Shown one piece after another: positions 26,179-37,959 of a stretch of 64,000 nt of DNA (position 1 is its first letter; the number at the start of each line of letters is the position of its first letter). The stretch is from Octopus vulgaris. Its lineage: Eukaryota. Location: the NCBI GenBank assembly GCA_951406725.2, contig OX597824.1, positions 73,284,001-73,348,000 of the forward strand. Direction: 5' to 3'. The notes under the pieces were generated by a model. The model worked only from the letters and a program-made list of their open reading frames with translations, searched no databases and had not been told where the DNA came from. The position numbers and the translations under genes are program-made.

Positions 26179-27377
26179 CCTCCAGTGGGCTGAAGTAATT
26201 ATAAGATGAAATTGAGGTAGATGCATTTCTCTAGGCTTCATCAGAGATTTTAGAAAGTACATAAGGTTAAGTCATATATATAAATGCACAAACATATATA
26301 CACACTTTTACATATACATGCATATACATAAATACATATACCTTCACTTAAATTTACATGCATATGTGTATGTATATGCATACAAATGAATCAATCATTT
26401 TTATTATTAGATGCATTATATTATTCATATTAAATAAAATATGAACAGAGGTATGAAAAAGTTATTATAAGAGGAGTAATATTGTAATTTATAAAATCAA
26501 TATATCTTAAGATTATTTTAGTTATGTAATATACATGGGGAATACACATATACATACATACATATATATATATACATATTTTCGTACAAACATACTCATA
26601 GGTACATACATACGTATTAGATGTGTTTAGAAGGAGGATTAATGCAGCAGTTGGATCTTTTCGGTTTGAACGCGGTGTCATATGAAATTGTCACCCATAA
26701 TTATGACCCTAGTATCGATCTATTGCATTTTAATCTATTTTAGATTTAGGGTTAGTTAGGGTTAGGGTTAGGGATGGGAGGAAGGGTATCTTTTTTTCTT
26801 CACAAATGTAAATAAACCCAATCTGTTTCTTAAACGAGGGACATATTCATACGGCACAGAATGTTTTTTACCTCAATAGACGTCAGTGATTGGTTGAAAT
26901 TGCAGAAATTGAAGAAAACAAAACAACAAATATCTTACAAACTATAGAATTTTCTTAATAAAGCCAAGAGAAAAAGATGTTTTATAAACACATTCTACCA
27001 GTATACGAAGTTTAAAATTTTTTAGCTACCTAGAAATTATGTTAAAAACTGCCATTCAAGCCGAAAAGATCCCAGCAGTTTGTATTATTATAACTATATA
27101 ATATAATAACTTTCTCATACCTCTGTTTATATTTTATCTAATATGAATAATATAATGCATATAATAATAATAATAATAATTGATTCATTTGTTTGCATAT
27201 ACATACACATTTGCATGTAAATTTAAGTGCAGGTATATGTATTTATGTATATGTAAAAGTATGTATATGTGTGTGCATTTATATATATAACTTAACCTTA
27301 TGTACTTTCTAAAATCTCTGACAGAGCCTAGAGAAACACCTCAATTTCATCTACTAATTACATCAGTCCACTGGAGG
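26179..27377. repeat. Long imperfect inverted repeat (arms ~26179-26469 and ~27102-27377), probably Penelope pLTR-derived
   Basis: Arms are diverged reverse complements, e.g. agagattttagaaagtacataaggttaag vs cttaaccttatgtactttctaaaatctct. Both carry hammerhead-like parts. Confidence 0.8.
26653..27072. mobile_element. MITE with 18-bp TIRs and 8-bp TSD (Merlin- or hAT-like), containing TTAGGG repeats
   Basis: CAGCAGTT|GGATCTTTTCGGTTTGAA...TTCAAGCCGAAAAGATCC|CAGCAGTT. TTAGGG units at 26746-26773. Confidence 0.9.
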
Positions 27378-27429
27378 AATAAAAGTAGAATGGGGTATTA
27401 TTGCCTCTTGGCTGAAACAGCTGTAAGAT
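27314..27429 (+). ncRNA. Hammerhead-like motif with enlarged stem II, mutated core
   Basis: atct-CTGACAG-agcctagag...ctcttggct-GAAAC-agct-GTA-agat. The inverted paralogue at 26238-26244 retains CTGATGA. Confidence 0.55.
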
Positions 27430-27519
27430 ATTATCCCAATTTCTATTGCCATATGTTATATATTTTAATAATTACAGATATTTTTATATTTTATATATTA
27501 TATATGTAAAGCATAATAT

Positions 27520-28138
27520 GTTATACATGTATGTATATCGTTATAATTGTGTTTTTAGTAAATAAATAAATTGACATAATATAATGTCTAAAAGCTGATG
27601 AATACCACCTACTGATCCCTTCCATTTTCTTATTCCTATATAAATTAATGGTAAAATATCTCTTTACCCTCACCCATTTATTACACTCGGTAATGTAATT
27701 GTCATGCAATGAAAAAACACTTGTGTATTAATAATTGGGTATTCTACCAGCAGTATATTGCATAGATATTATCCCTTAGTTGGTTGAATTCACAACCTTT
27801 CTTAATTTATATTAATGTTTTTTTTAATTACTTCTATTCTTATCTTAAATATATTGAATTTTATACTGTATATATGTATGTTATTATGGTTGTAGTTTTG
27901 ATAATTAAATAAGACAACATTATAATATCCTAAAGCTCATAAACCAACTAATGTGTTCCTCCATTTTCTTATTTGTAATATAAATTAATGGTAAAATATT
28001 TCTTTACCTTCACCCATTTAATACAATAAGTAAGTTTAATGCATTGCAATTAAAAACACTTGTGTATTAATAATTAGGGTATTATACCAACAGTATACTG
28101 GATAAATATTATCCCTTAGAGGGTTGGATCCACAACCC
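27520..28138. repeat. Diverged direct tandem duplication, period ~340 bp
   Basis: Shared blocks ataaattaatggtaaaatat, aaaacacttgtgtattaataatt and atattatcccttag each occur twice. Confidence 0.8.
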
Positions 28139-28415
28139 CTAACGTACTTGGTGGTATATATATATATATAACGCTATACAAGTGTAACTTCGAGCAGTGC
28201 ATGGCAAGTATAGATAGAAAACAAAAAGTGGACAGTACAATCAGGAATAATAACAATTTATTGGCATTGAAGGTTACATACTTTATCCCATACTGAAGTT
28301 ATGGGGAAATTCAACAAGCTGAATGAAACTTTCTTTATAGCTCACAGTTTGCAACTAGAGTTACTACAAATGCAAATAGAAATCCAAACTGAGTAAGTGA
28401 AACGGGTAAAATCCA

Positions 28416-28500
28416 GGTTACATATGTATCTTAGCTAGATGATCCTCTGATGTAATAAATACTCAATGAGGGGGTACTCAACTTAGCTAATCATCAGGCC
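28416..28500 (-). ncRNA. Hammerhead-like motif with enlarged stem II, one core mutation
   Basis: Minus strand ggc-CTGATGA-ttagcta...tagctaa-GATAC-atat-GTA-acc. Perfect 7-bp stem II base and palindromic stem III. GAAA is changed to GATA. Confidence 0.6.
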
Positions 28501-28605
28501 GAGAATACTTTAATTACATGAAAGTTATATTGTCGCTTGGAGTTTCCAAGTTAACTCACCACCTGGATTTTACTCGTTCCACTCCCTCAATCTCAATCTC
28601 TCTCT

Positions 28606-28688
<83 letters not shown>

Positions 28689-29863
28689 AATAAAACCGAG
28701 GGTGTGTTGCATTCCGTTAATTAATAAGTTAAAGAGTGTACAGTAAATGTACAAACGAAAAACAGACACAGAAAGGCAATTTAAAACACATATAGTATAT
28801 GCACAGACGAGCACAAAACAGACACAGAAGGTCCCCAACTCCTCATCAGTTATTGGTCAGGGAGTCTAACGCAATTTCGTGCCTTTAACGATAATATTAC
28901 TTCCCAGCTGGTGACATCTGCAAGACCTGCAGGGAATATGAAACCGAATATGACACAGACAACAATATATAGATAACAAGCGACATACGAAATGAATAAA
29001 TGTAATTCAAGACGAGACAGTTAGTGGACGACGAGGGACAAAAAGGAAATAAATAAACAGAATATAGCCTTAGGACCTGATGAAAACGAAGTATGGGTAA
29101 TGTTTAGAGGGAAATCCTAAAGGACTGGAAACAGAAGGGCAACAGACAGAAAAAAATCAGGAAAATTCTAATGATATCAAGCTAACGATCTGCTAGAGAG
29201 GGCAGATAAATGTTCCTCATATCACGCCTTATTAAATGAATAAAAAGAAGCTAAGGTAAAACAAATTGGATAATGCAGTCTTAGATGCACTTGGCCGTGC
29301 AGGATCAATGGTACAGAACTAGAGCTAAATAACAGCAATAACTTCGGAAAGTTGAACTTTTAGTGGTGTTAAGTGGGGCAGTATGGTATGTGTCTAAAAA
29401 TCATTGATGCGCAGAGACCAGTTAACTAGGTCATAGGAGTGTGACGGTAACGAATTTAGTTTAGAATACTATATATAAGTAGAAATAGAGCTCTTTTAAA
29501 TAATGACAAGTAAGTAAATCACTGGACTTCATTTAAAATATAATAAAATTGCAGAATTATTGACCCAAATTTCAATTTCAACAAGGTGATTGTTTTAAAA
29601 ACACACCAAACACAGACACAAATATACACACCCCGCATGCGCACACTCTCGCACGCACACACATAAACATGTGTGAGGGGAGGTACACATACACATACAA
29701 ATGTGTGTGTGCATGACTGACTAAATGAGAGAAAATTTATTTGATAACTGACTGAGGCCTCAATCAATCGTTACTCTGAGTTTCCTGTTATTGTCACGTC
29801 TCTACACACACGCACATACTATATATATATATAAAAAGTATATATATATATATAAAAAGTATA

Positions 29864-29909
<46 letters not shown>

Positions 29910-29915
<6 letters not shown>

Positions 29916-30208
29916 GAAATGAGGTAATCAGAAGATCGGATGGTTCATATTTACAGATATTTATTTATATATTACATTTTTTACATATATCATATCATTC
30001 AGATCATATCATTAGCGCTTTCTCCCATTCTAGTGGGGTTTTCAAATCAAAATAATAAGGAATTATTTTGATTTGAAAACCCCACTAGAATGGGAGAAAG
30101 CGCTAATGATATGATCTGAATGATATGATATATGTAAAAAATGTAATATATAAATAAATATCTGTAAATATGAACCATCCGATCTTATGATTACCTCATT
30201 TCTTCTAA
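29910..30208. repeat. Near-perfect ~300-bp palindrome (147-bp arms, 5-nt loop)
   Basis: Arms 29910-30056 and 30062-30208 are reverse complements, with one mismatch seen (taatcagaag vs taatcataag). Loop AAGGA. Confidence 0.95.
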
Positions 30209-30243
30209 TATATAATACCTGTACATCATCTCCAAACCTTCCA

Positions 30244-30304
<61 letters not shown>

Positions 30305-30307
30305 ATA

Positions 30308-30339
<32 letters not shown>

Positions 30340-30660
30340 AGCGGAAAGTGTAACCTCTCGAAGGAGCTGTTCTTCACTCCTGCTCCAGAGCGTCAGCTGC
30401 GGGGTCATTCCGAAAAGCTCTATCTGCGACGATTTCATCTCAATCGAAGGAGAGGGGCTTTCTCCGTCCGGGTTGCGGATCCATGGAATAAGCTGCCGGA
30501 CGAGATGGTGAAGATGCCGACGACCGCTCGGTTCAAAGTCTCCCTTGACCACAAGTGGCCTGAACTCTTTACATGAACACCACCCTGTACATAACTCCAT
30601 GTCCCCCTACATGGCCTTGCTTTTTTGGGTTTTGAGCCAAAAAATTAACCAACTAACATA
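30340..30660 (+). mobile_element. CR1/L2-group LINE 3' end
   Basis: LRGHSEKLY...FSVRVADPWNKLP...FKVSLD motif, then a 3' UTR with a TAAC-like tail. Confidence 0.85.
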
Positions 30661-31011
30661 CTTTATTAAAAGCAGCAGAAATATCACAAAAACTGTTATT
30701 CAGAGTTTCATGTTCCCGTTCGTCGGACAGTTTTGTCAGAATGGTACAGAAATTACGATATAATCGAACATAGATTAAATGATACACTTTTGAAAATAGT
30801 TTTGTTTCATTGGTCCTTTCAACTGTCTTAAGCATGTAAAAAACAAAATTGTTGTAAAATCGAAGAAAACCTTAAATCGAAGGGCAGAGTCTTGTGATAT
30901 TTCTGTTGCCTTTAATAAAGCATATTACTCTACCTCTGGTATTTGAGTACTCTTTTTTTTTTCATCTTGTTTCACATTTATGTGCTTACTCCGGTATACA
31001 CACACACACAC

Positions 31012-31075
<64 letters not shown>

Positions 31076-31377
31076 GTATATATCGTCATTAAATATTAAA
31101 TCCGAAAGAGAAGCAGAACATGGGTGAGGTAAGTTATGTGTGTACGTAACACTTACGAGCTATCCTTAAGTATCGTAAAGCTCGAAGCCTAACTTAAAAC
31201 AAGTGTAGCTCGAAAAACACATTTGAATGATTAAGAAAAAAAATTTCATTACGAAATAAGTAATGAAGATGTGAATAATTTCCATAATGAAATAATGTTA
31301 ATATCATAACTGTTACATTCTTTCCATTCCCCTCCCCCCATGTCCTGTGTCTACATGTGTCTCTAAGACATATCCAA

Positions 31378-31766
31378 GGCAATCTTTCGTCTCTAGTAGA
31401 CCTTTCCGTCGATTTCCGTAAAAAAATTTATCTTTTTTACATATGGGCTTGCGGGAACTTTTGAAGTAATGAGAGCGAAAGAGACTAAGAGAAAGCGATT
31501 GTATGACGAGGGAAGTTCTTTTGAAGTTACCGTCCAGGGGAAGCATTGATGTACATGTATGTGTGTGTTTGATGGGGTGTGGGAGACAGACAGTATGTTG
31601 TGTAGGTGAAGTGCTTCTGTTAGTGTGTGTGAAAGAAAGAGATAACTGAATTTTTTTACTCGGTGTATGTGTATATTACTTCAAAAGTTCCTGCAAGCCC
31701 ATATGTAAAAAAAAAAAAATTTTTACGGAAATCGACGGAAAGGTCTACTAGAGACGAAAGATCGCC
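31378..31766. mobile_element. MITE with ~90-bp TIRs and apparent 4-bp CCAA TSD
   Basis: CCAA|GGCAATCTTTCGTCTCTAGTAGACCTTTCCG...CGGAAAGGTCTACTAGAGACGAAAGATCGCC|CCAA. Confidence 0.88.
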
Positions 31767-33338
31767 CCAACTTATAAACTCACCCATGATCAACATTAGT
31801 CGCTTTATCTTCGTCATAAGACGCGCGCAAATCTGTCTATACGGGCGAATCGAAGCAATTACGACTTCTCATGTAATTAAATTGGTGTTTAAGTTCGTAA
31901 GGGAAAATCAGTGCCCTAAGTAACCGACTTTCGGAAGAGCTATTAATAGCACATAGAGAAGCATAAGGCTAAGGAATTGGAAAATTTTTTCCCTTGATTT
32001 TTTAGTATTCCGGTGTTTCATACAACGAAGATTAGGATTCCAGAAGATGTTTTTTTTCTCAAAATTTTTCAAATTTTAAAATATTTTTGCGCCCTAACTC
32101 CATTCCCTTTTCCTTCTCCAAGTGGTAGTGGCGGATATTCCACCACCCGCTAAGCTATATAAAACTTGGAAGCTACAAGTTCTTTAAAAAAAATCAGGCT
32201 TGAAAGTCTCACAAAAACTAAAAACAACTTTTAATTAATCTGAGGTCCCTACAGGCTGTGAGGCCCCAACGTGAATAACTGTATTAGTTAATCCGACACA
32301 GAGGAAAAGATAATTTCAGAAGTACTATAAGGAAACAATTTGTTCTTCAAATGTCCATTTAGCTATCATCATATTTAACCCAGGGTCAGCACTGATCGAT
32401 CAAAACTATGATCGGTGACGCACCAAACTCGACCATACTTATTCATTTGTAGTGTGAATGAAATATAGATTATCTGATGTATAGTCCCTGACATTTTAAG
32501 GCGGTGGAGTATAATGAATGAGATTTGGCTGTTATTTCTAGTGGGTCGAATTACCACATGAAAGCACCCTTTCTCTGATATTGTTAGTCTTACTGTCGCA
32601 AAATTTGGGAAATAACATTTAGAAAGGCAGAGAAAAATACGATAGTAACAACATTTTTAGATTAATTAAACCAAACACCCGAAGAAATTTCTGAGAAATG
32701 CCAAAAATATATTTACATGGTGTACGTAAGCGGTCGAAACAAGGAAGCCTCTATATGGTCTCCCCATATACTAGAAATAACAGCAAAATCACCCTCAAAT
32801 CTCATACCATTGTTTAAATAATGAGTTTAAATGATCTAGTTGTAGATACAATACTATGTTTGATAAAAATAAATTAAAAGAAAAGAAAGAGGTGGGGATC
32901 ACAACAGAATGTTTACATTCCTTAGTCTACCCGATCTAACGTGAGACTGACTAGACAAGTAGAACAACGTAAGCGGTTGTTGACGGAAGTTTTAACAAAA
33001 GAAAATAAAATAGAAACAGAATTAATTGAAACAGTAGAATTAGAAACATTTTAGATATCCGCTTTGTACCAGACGGCGTTAACTAAATAAATACAGGAAA
33101 CAAAACAAATCAACGAATGAGAGAGAGGGAGAGTTTTCCATGCAATGTTCGATTTGCTAGAAATAGCAGCCAAATCTCTCTCAAATCACAGTCAAGCGTA
33201 TTGAAAACTGGAATAGTTTAGTTAAAATAAGTCCAGATATTCCTAAGTAGATGGGATGAACGTGGATGGAATTCTCCTGATTGAGATTGACCTGGAGTAA
33301 AACAACACCAAAACTTGAATCTATGAAAGACACCTTAC

Positions 33339-33349
33339 CGTAATTCCAT
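33339..33349 (-). CDS. disp: Probable Dispatched first coding segment (ATG GAA TTA CG, giving MELR) within exon 33339-33488
   Basis: Exon is bounded by acceptor ttgtttcAG (33490-33489) and donor CG|GTAAGG (33338). Phase 2 matches the next exon. An in-frame TGA lies 7 codons upstream of the ATG. The short N-terminus resembles fly Disp. Confidence 0.6.
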
Positions 33350-36300
33350 AAAGTCATAAATAATATTTCAGCTTCTGCTTCGGTTCCTTTTGATGTTTTT
33401 AACCCTCGTTTTTGCTTTAGTTAACACAATTCTTTGGATTCTATAATCTTTTCTTTCTATCTCCTTTCCTCTGTCATTTTAAAAGCATCTGAAACAAGCT
33501 GGATGGTTACTTGCTAGCTTCCCCTAGTTTCTTTGGGAAAAGGGATAATAAAGCTCCCACCCATCTCGTTGGTTGACCATGTGCTGGTTTTTGTAGCCAA
33601 CTTAATGGACGGACAACGAAATATAATCAATACTACCATTTTATTTATTAACTAAATGCACAGAAGATAATTACTGGTATTTATTTCATCGACTCAACCA
33701 CGGTGTGCTTGAGTGGTGGGGGGATGGCAATGGTAAACTAAAAACTATAAAACAATATTTGTGTATGATGTTCAGTTACTGTTTAGTAACCACCCTTGTA
33801 TGCGTTTTTACTTTTATTATTATTATTATTATTACTATTATTATTAACTCGCTGGAACCTCTTGTCGATCTGTTCAAGGCGGCAAGCTGGCAAAATCGTT
33901 AGCGCGCCGGACGAAATGTTTAGCAGTTTTTTACTCGTCGCTACGTTCTGAGTTCAAATTTCACCGAGGTCGATTTTTACCTTTCATCCTTTAGGGGTTG
34001 ATAAAATAAGTACCAATTGAACACTGGAAGTCGATGTAATCGACTCATTTCCTCCCCAAAAATTGCTGCCCTTGTGGCAAAATTTGAAACCATTATTATT
34101 AGTTATGGTGGAGGCGCGTGGCTTAGTGGTTAGAGTGTTGAACTCATGATCATAAGGTTGTGGTTTCGATTCCTGGACCGGGCAATGCGTTGTGTTCTTG
34201 AGCCAAACATTTCATTTTACGTTGTTCCAGTCCACTCAACTGGCAAAAATGAGTAATCCTGCGACGGACCGGCGTCCCGTCCTGGTGGGGAAACCGGCCC
34301 TTATGAGCCTGGCATGGCTCGAGAAGGAACATTATTATTATCATTATTATTATTATTATTAACTCGCCGGAACCTCTTTGCGTTCTTTTCAAGGCGGCAA
34401 GATAGCAGAATCGTTGGCACGCCGGGCAAAATGTCTAGCGGTAGTTAGCCCGTTGCTACGTTCTGAGTTCAAATTCCACCGAGGTCGGCTTTGCCTTTCA
34501 TCTTTTCGGAGTCGATAAATTAAGTACCAGTCAAGTCTTGAGGTCGATGTGATTAACTTTCCCCCTCCCCTTAAATTTCAGGCCTAGTGCCTATGGTAGA
34601 AAGGAGTCTTATTAAGATGTCGAGCTGACAGAATCGTTAGCACGCCGAGCGAAATGCTTAGCGGCATTTCGTCCGTCTTTACGTTCTGAGTTCAAATTCC
34701 ACCATGGTCGGCTTTGCCTTTCATCCATTCGGGGTCGATAAATTAAGTACCAGTGAATAACTAAGGGTTAGTGAAGTTGACTAATTCCCTCCTTCCAAAT
34801 TTCAGACTGTGTGCCTTGAGTAGAAAGGATTATTTCTACAGAAATGTAAGCATGCCGGACGAAATGCTTAGTGGCATTTCGTCCGTCTTTACATTCTGAG
34901 TTCAAATACCGCCGGAGTCGACTTTGCCTTTCATCATTTCGGGGTCGATAAATTAAGTACCAGTTATGCACTGGGGATCGATGTAATCGACTTAATCTGT
35001 CTGGCTGTCCTTGTTTGTCTCCTCTGTGTTTAGCCCCTTGTGGGTAGTAAAGAAATAGGTATTTTGTCCGCCTTTACGTTCTGATTTCAAATGTCACTAC
35101 GGTCGACTTTGTCTTTCGTCTGTTCAGGGTCGATAAAATAAGTACCTGTTGAGCACAGGTCGATGTAATCAACTTGTCCACTACCCCGACTCCGTATATT
35201 TCAGGCCTTGTGCCTATAGTTGAAAGGCTTATTAAGGTGGCGAGCTGGCAAGATCGTTAGTACGCCGGCAAAATACGTAGCGGCATTTCGCCCGTCTTTA
35301 CTTCTGAGTTCAAATTCCGCTACGTCGCCTTTGCCTTTCATCTTTTCGGGGTCAATGTAATCGACTTTCCCCTATCCTTACAAACTACTGGCTCTTTGCC
35401 AAAATTTTAAACTATTATTATTCTTAGAATTCACTTCAGACGGAAGGAGATGCTTTCTGACAAACAAACAAAAGCTCCGTCACTAGGATTTGAATAACAA
35501 CGATAATTGTTATACATTGAACTTTAGGAAAGTTTTTCATATTTCTTACTAATCCATTAACAGATTGTAGCTATAAAGTGCGCGTTAGTTGGTTTCTTTC
35601 TTTGCCTGAAAATCCTAGCTTTTCCTAAATGTCACTTAGACATTTACTACTAACATAACCAAACGTACTAAAATTATTTTGGTATATACGTGAATTTATA
35701 ACTAGAGTAAACGACCTACGGGTTTCGAAGTAGTTAGCCATAAATATTCTTTAAGCTGTTCATAGTTGTATGTCAACTGTTCTCTCCGACTATATTAAAT
35801 TTTCTTTTTTGGCTCAAGTAACTATGTCAGAATTATTATGTTTGCACTTGGTAGAAATTTAGATAGTAATGTTCCACCAGTATTCCTTTTGTTGATTTGT
35901 ATATCTGTTTTCAGTAAAAGAGTTGATGTTTATACTTATCCCAAACCTTTTCTGCGAATGACACTGTATATTATTTTAACATCATGTCACAGTAGAAGGT
36001 AGTACCTTGACGACATTTTGAAACGCTGCTGATTACATGTGTTATGTCCTCCACAGAAGAGCTACGCGATTGACATTTGCAGCCCCATCTTGGCAGTTTA
36101 AAGGGTTTACTGTCTCGTTTGTTCATTAGATATTTCGTAGCTATCTCTTACTTTTGGGCAGCAAAAGCGTATCCTTCGGGATGTGTTATGACGCAACGGT
36201 CACGAACCCAAGAAAGGCTACACATCGTGTTAATATTTTCATCTTTCTCGTAAGGCAGGTGAGCTGACAGAATCGTTAACGCGCCGGCCAAAATGCTTAG

Positions 36301-36665
36301 CGGCATTTCATCCGTCTTTACGTTCTGAGTTCAAATTCTGCCGAGGTCCACTTTGTCCTTCATCCTTTCTGGGTCGATAAAATAAGTACCAGTTGAGCAC
36401 TGGATCGATGTAATCGATTTGCCCCACTCTCCGAACTTGGTGGCCTTGTGCCAAAATTTGAAACCAATATTTTCATCCTCATGTGTACAGGAAACGTGCC
36501 CATTCATAACCTCCCGAAACTTTGTTGAAATGTGCTTGTCCTGCACTTTTGAGTTCACGTGAGACATTGCCAGTAGATGAGTGTTTCTTGAAGAGTTCAC
36601 GGCTGATTTGAAGGATGTAATTCACATTAATTGTGAGCATTTAATTGTCATATATATATATATAT

Positions 36666-37022
36666 ACTAGCACTATGACTCGGCAACGCCGGGTCATTGT
36701 GCTAGTGCATGCATATACAGCTGCGTGCGTGCGCACATACACGCGAGTACTGTCCAAATCTCCGACCAATCACATACAGCTAGCTGGCATTCAATTGGCG
36801 TATCAAGTTTCGGGCATTTTGATAGAAAATTCACAAAAAAGTAATTTCTCTTGATTTTTTAATGGCTTTGCGGGGTGACTGGGGAAATGTAAGGATGTGC
36901 ACGACCACCCTTGGACGGTTTTGAATGACCATAGAAAGTGCGAGCCCTCTAACTGAAAAATTGTGGATTTGTATAAAGGATACACACAGACACAGACAGA
37001 TATTTTGCTGTTTATATATATA
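36666..37022 (+). mobile_element. Possible Helentron/DINE-1-like non-autonomous element
   Basis: Begins ACTAG with a terminal hairpin (actagcactatgactcggc AAC gccgggtcattgtgctagt). Ends with an acagacagat microsatellite and TTTATATAT. Sits in a TA-rich site. Confidence 0.45.
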
Positions 37023-37596
37023 TTTATTTATTTATTTCGCTGCCCTTGTTTGACCGCTGCTGTCACAGTGATATCATACAGCTCTCAAAGCCCCTTTATC
37101 CCGCTTTTCTTTTGAGGTAGACTATCAATACCACCATTTCTGTGGATGTTTGCAGTTGACGTCAGGAGCTTTCCCCAGTCAAGTATTCTAAATGTTGGAA
37201 TCAGTAGTGATACTGCAAATATACTGTGAGATATTGTCTTGCAAGAGGGAAACTCCGGCTGTCATATCCTTTGTCAAAAGTGGAATCAAACGTCCTTTCC
37301 GAGCGATAAGCTGATAAGGCCGGTTTACCGGATTCTTTGCTGTATATATTTCCCGCCCACTGAACAGGACGCTGGTCCGTTGCAGGATTCACTTATTTTT
37401 GCCTGCTGAGTGGACTAAAATGAAGTGTTTCATTCAGGAACACAAGCATATCCCAGTCCACGAATTGAGACCACAATCTTACGATCATGAGTGCATAACC
37501 CTAACCACTAAGTCACGCGCCTCCACTTACCCTTTACAGAATAGTATAATATTCTTTGATTACTCCATCTTTGTTCACAGCACGTGTGTATATTTT

Positions 37597-37933
37597 TGTG
37601 GAGGAAGGAAAACCGGAAGGTGGAGGTGTGACGTCATGTCGGCGAGTGAGGAGAAAAGTTTCCCTCTTTGATGTTGGTTTGGCTGCCTCGTCGTCCTCTC
37701 GTATCTGCTGTTGCTGTTACCGCTACATCGCGAGTGTCGCTCTGCGATAACACTCGTTATTTGTCGATCATCTCTCCTACCGACATCGTTCCGATGTCTG
37801 GTATCTGCTGCTGACGTGCAGAGATATGGTTGGGGAAACCGGTCACAAAAGCCAACTTCACCATCCGCTCCATCTCTGCTTCAATAAATCGTAGACCATT
37901 AAGAACATTATGCACTCAAGCAAATACTTTACA
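37597..37933 (+). mobile_element. Possible LTR (337 bp)
   Basis: TGTGGAG...CTTTACA termini, AATAAA at 37883, CpG-rich interior, followed by a PBS-like TGGCTCC at 37938. No TSD found. Confidence 0.45.
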
Positions 37934-37959
37934 CTTGTGGCTCCGCCGGTTACTAATAA

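Noticed and set aside
28863-28927. Minus-strand TTGCAGA...GAAA-ttgc-GTT hammerhead-like order
   Set aside because: Too many core deviations to support.
35500-36240. Possible decayed Penelope RT on the minus strand
   Set aside because: Only faint motif echoes (YKSTKGI, VEDI) amid many stops. Cannot be supported without alignment.
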